Below, piece by piece: positions 62,704-64,000 of a stretch of DNA of 64,000 nt. The notes under the pieces were generated by a model. It was not told where the DNA came from and did not search any database. It saw only the letters and a program-made list of their open reading frames with translations. The stretch covers positions 64,001 to 128,000 of the forward strand of contig JBIPSI010000004.1 of NCBI GenBank assembly GCA_044070495.1, given 5' to 3'. This DNA comes from Spirulina sp. (lineage in GTDB: Bacteria > Cyanobacteriota > Cyanobacteriia > Phormidesmidales > Phormidesmidaceae). The position numbers were made by a program, and so were the translations under genes. Numbering within the stretch: position 1 is the stretch's first letter; each line of letters opens with the position of its first letter.

Positions 62704-63798
62704 TTACCGAGCCACCAAATCAGGAAACACGCCCTGCACTGCCGGATGTACTAGCCGTCCCTTGGCCACGTTTAGCCCCGCCTTCAGCCCCGCATCGGTA
62801 ATCAAGGCCCCCATGCCCTGGTTGGCTAGCTTGAGGACGTAGGGAGCGGTGGCGTTGTTGAGGGCTTGGGTGGCCGTCCAGGGCACGGCACCGGGCATAT
62901 TGGGCACCCCAAAGTGAACCACGCCCGACTCGATGTAGGTGGGCTGGCTGTGGGAGGTGGGCCGCAGGGTTTCAATGCAGCCACCCTGGTCTACGGCCAC
63001 GTCGATAATCACGGAACCGGGCTTCATCTGGGCCACCAGTTCCTTCGACACCAGCAGCGGGGCCTTGCGACCGGGCACCAGCACTGCCCCAATCAACAAA
63101 TCCGCCTGGGGTACGGAGATTTCGATGCGGCGGGGGCTGCTGTAGAGCAGTTCCACCCGTGAACCAAACAGGGTTTCTAGGTAGGAAAGGCGATCGACGT
63201 TGATGTCGATGATTTGCACCCTGGCTCCCATACCGACAGCCATCTTGGCGGCCTCGGTGCCCACTACGCCGCCGCCTAAGATCACCACGCACCCAGGGGC
63301 CACGCCAGGAATGCCCCCTAGCAACACGCCCCGCCCGCCCTGTTGTCGTTCTAAATAACGCGCCCCAAACTGCACCGAAAGCCGTCCGGCAATCACGCTC
63401 ATGGGCGTGAGCAAGGGCAGGCGACCGTCGCCCGTAGTCACCGTTTCGTAGGCGATGGCGGCCTGGATGCCGCTGTTGAGAAGGGCTTCGGTGAGGGCAC
63501 GCTCGGCGGCGAGGTGCAGGTAGGTGAACAAAATCAAATCGGGCCGAAAGTAACCATACTCCGAAGGCAGTGGCTCTTTTACCTTCACCACCAACTCCTG
63601 CGCCCAAGCTTCGGCGGCATCCTCAACTAGGGTGGCCCCCGCTGTTTGGTAGGCTTCATCGGTTAGCCCAGACCCCGCCCCGGCCCCCGCTTGCACCACC
63701 ACCTGATGCCCCTGCTGACACAGGGTATAGACCGTCGCTGGGGTAAGCCCTACCCGAAATTCTTGGTCTTTGATTTCCTTAGGGATTCCGATGCGCAT
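62704..63798 (-). CDS. ald: Alanine dehydrogenase
   Basis: MRIGIPKEIK..E.RV, KVKEP, FTYLHLA, PMSVIAGR, GGGVVG, DVAVDQGG, NMPGAVP. Confidence 0.97.
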   Translation of the reverse strand: MRIGIPKEIKDQEFRVGLTPATVYTLCQQGHQVVVQAGAGAGSGLTDEAYQTAGATLVEDAAEAWAQELVVKVKEPLPSEYGYFRPDLILFTYLHLAAERALTEALLNSGIQAAIAYETVTTGDGRLPLLTPMSVIAGRLSVQFGARYLERQQGGRGVLLGGIPGVAPGCVVILGGGVVGTEAAKMAVGMGARVQIIDINVDRLSYLETLFGSRVELLYSSPRRIEISVPQADLLIGAVLVPGRKAPLLVSKELVAQMKPGSVIIDVAVDQGGCIETLRPTSHSQPTYIESGVVHFGVPNMPGAVPWTATQALNNATAPYVLKLANQGMGALITDAGLKAGLNVAKGRLVHPAVQGVFPDLVAR

Positions 63799-64000
63799 GG
63801 TCGTGCCTTTTTTGGGTCGGTGGATGGGTGGCAAAGCGAAGGTGCCTACCCCACATCAGCCAGAATAGGCCAGAACCCAACCCTCTGGGACAATTTCCCC
63901 ACAAACCTTGCCCAAGTTCTCCCCAAGAGGCTAGCGGTTCCCCTCTACCAAGGCCCGAAAGCGCGAATTGTTGCGAATAGAATCAAAGTTGGCAACACAG

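Overview
Chromosomal window from a filamentous, apparently non-heterocystous cyanobacterium. The lineage is inferred from gene content (OCP/FRP, Tic22, group-2 sigma factor, cyanobacterial nif genes without excision elements). Left third: an N-II-type amino-acid ABC transporter (natF end, natG, natH, bgtA-like), sppA, a glycosyltransferase, tRNA-Pro(UGG), serS, ocp-frp, a Ski2/HelY helicase, a PfpI protein and a SigB-like sigma factor. Centre (about 22.2-40.5 kb, minus strand): a Mo-nitrogenase cluster nifB-S-U-H-D-K-Z-(Mo-nitro_C)-nifEN(fused)-X-orf-orf-W-hesA-hesB-fdxH-flavodoxin-CBS/CP12-cupin-ArsC-like. I see no fdxN, nifV, nifT, nifP or cnfR in the window. Right third: ftsY, aas, frmA/frmB split by a DUF433/PIN toxin-antitoxin pair, an IS4 remnant, an AT-rich island, then hflX (probable ATC start), a TetR regulator, a Uma2 protein and ald. 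The best candidate for an undescribed system is the island at 52380-54099. It has a near-consensus sigma70 promoter, a ~250-nt leader with two long imperfect hairpins plus an SD-occluding stem, an intact NYN RNase gene, a third hairpin, and an RNase III with two tandem dsRBDs. This suggests an RNase III-controlled RNase toxin or defence module, which is inference only. Intergenic DNA is rich in GTAG-type REP elements, a ~150-bp MITE-like family (4 copies) and 7/8-mer tandem repeats. The same repeats form the in-frame NifE-NifN linker. Protein calls come from motif recognition by eye, not database searches.
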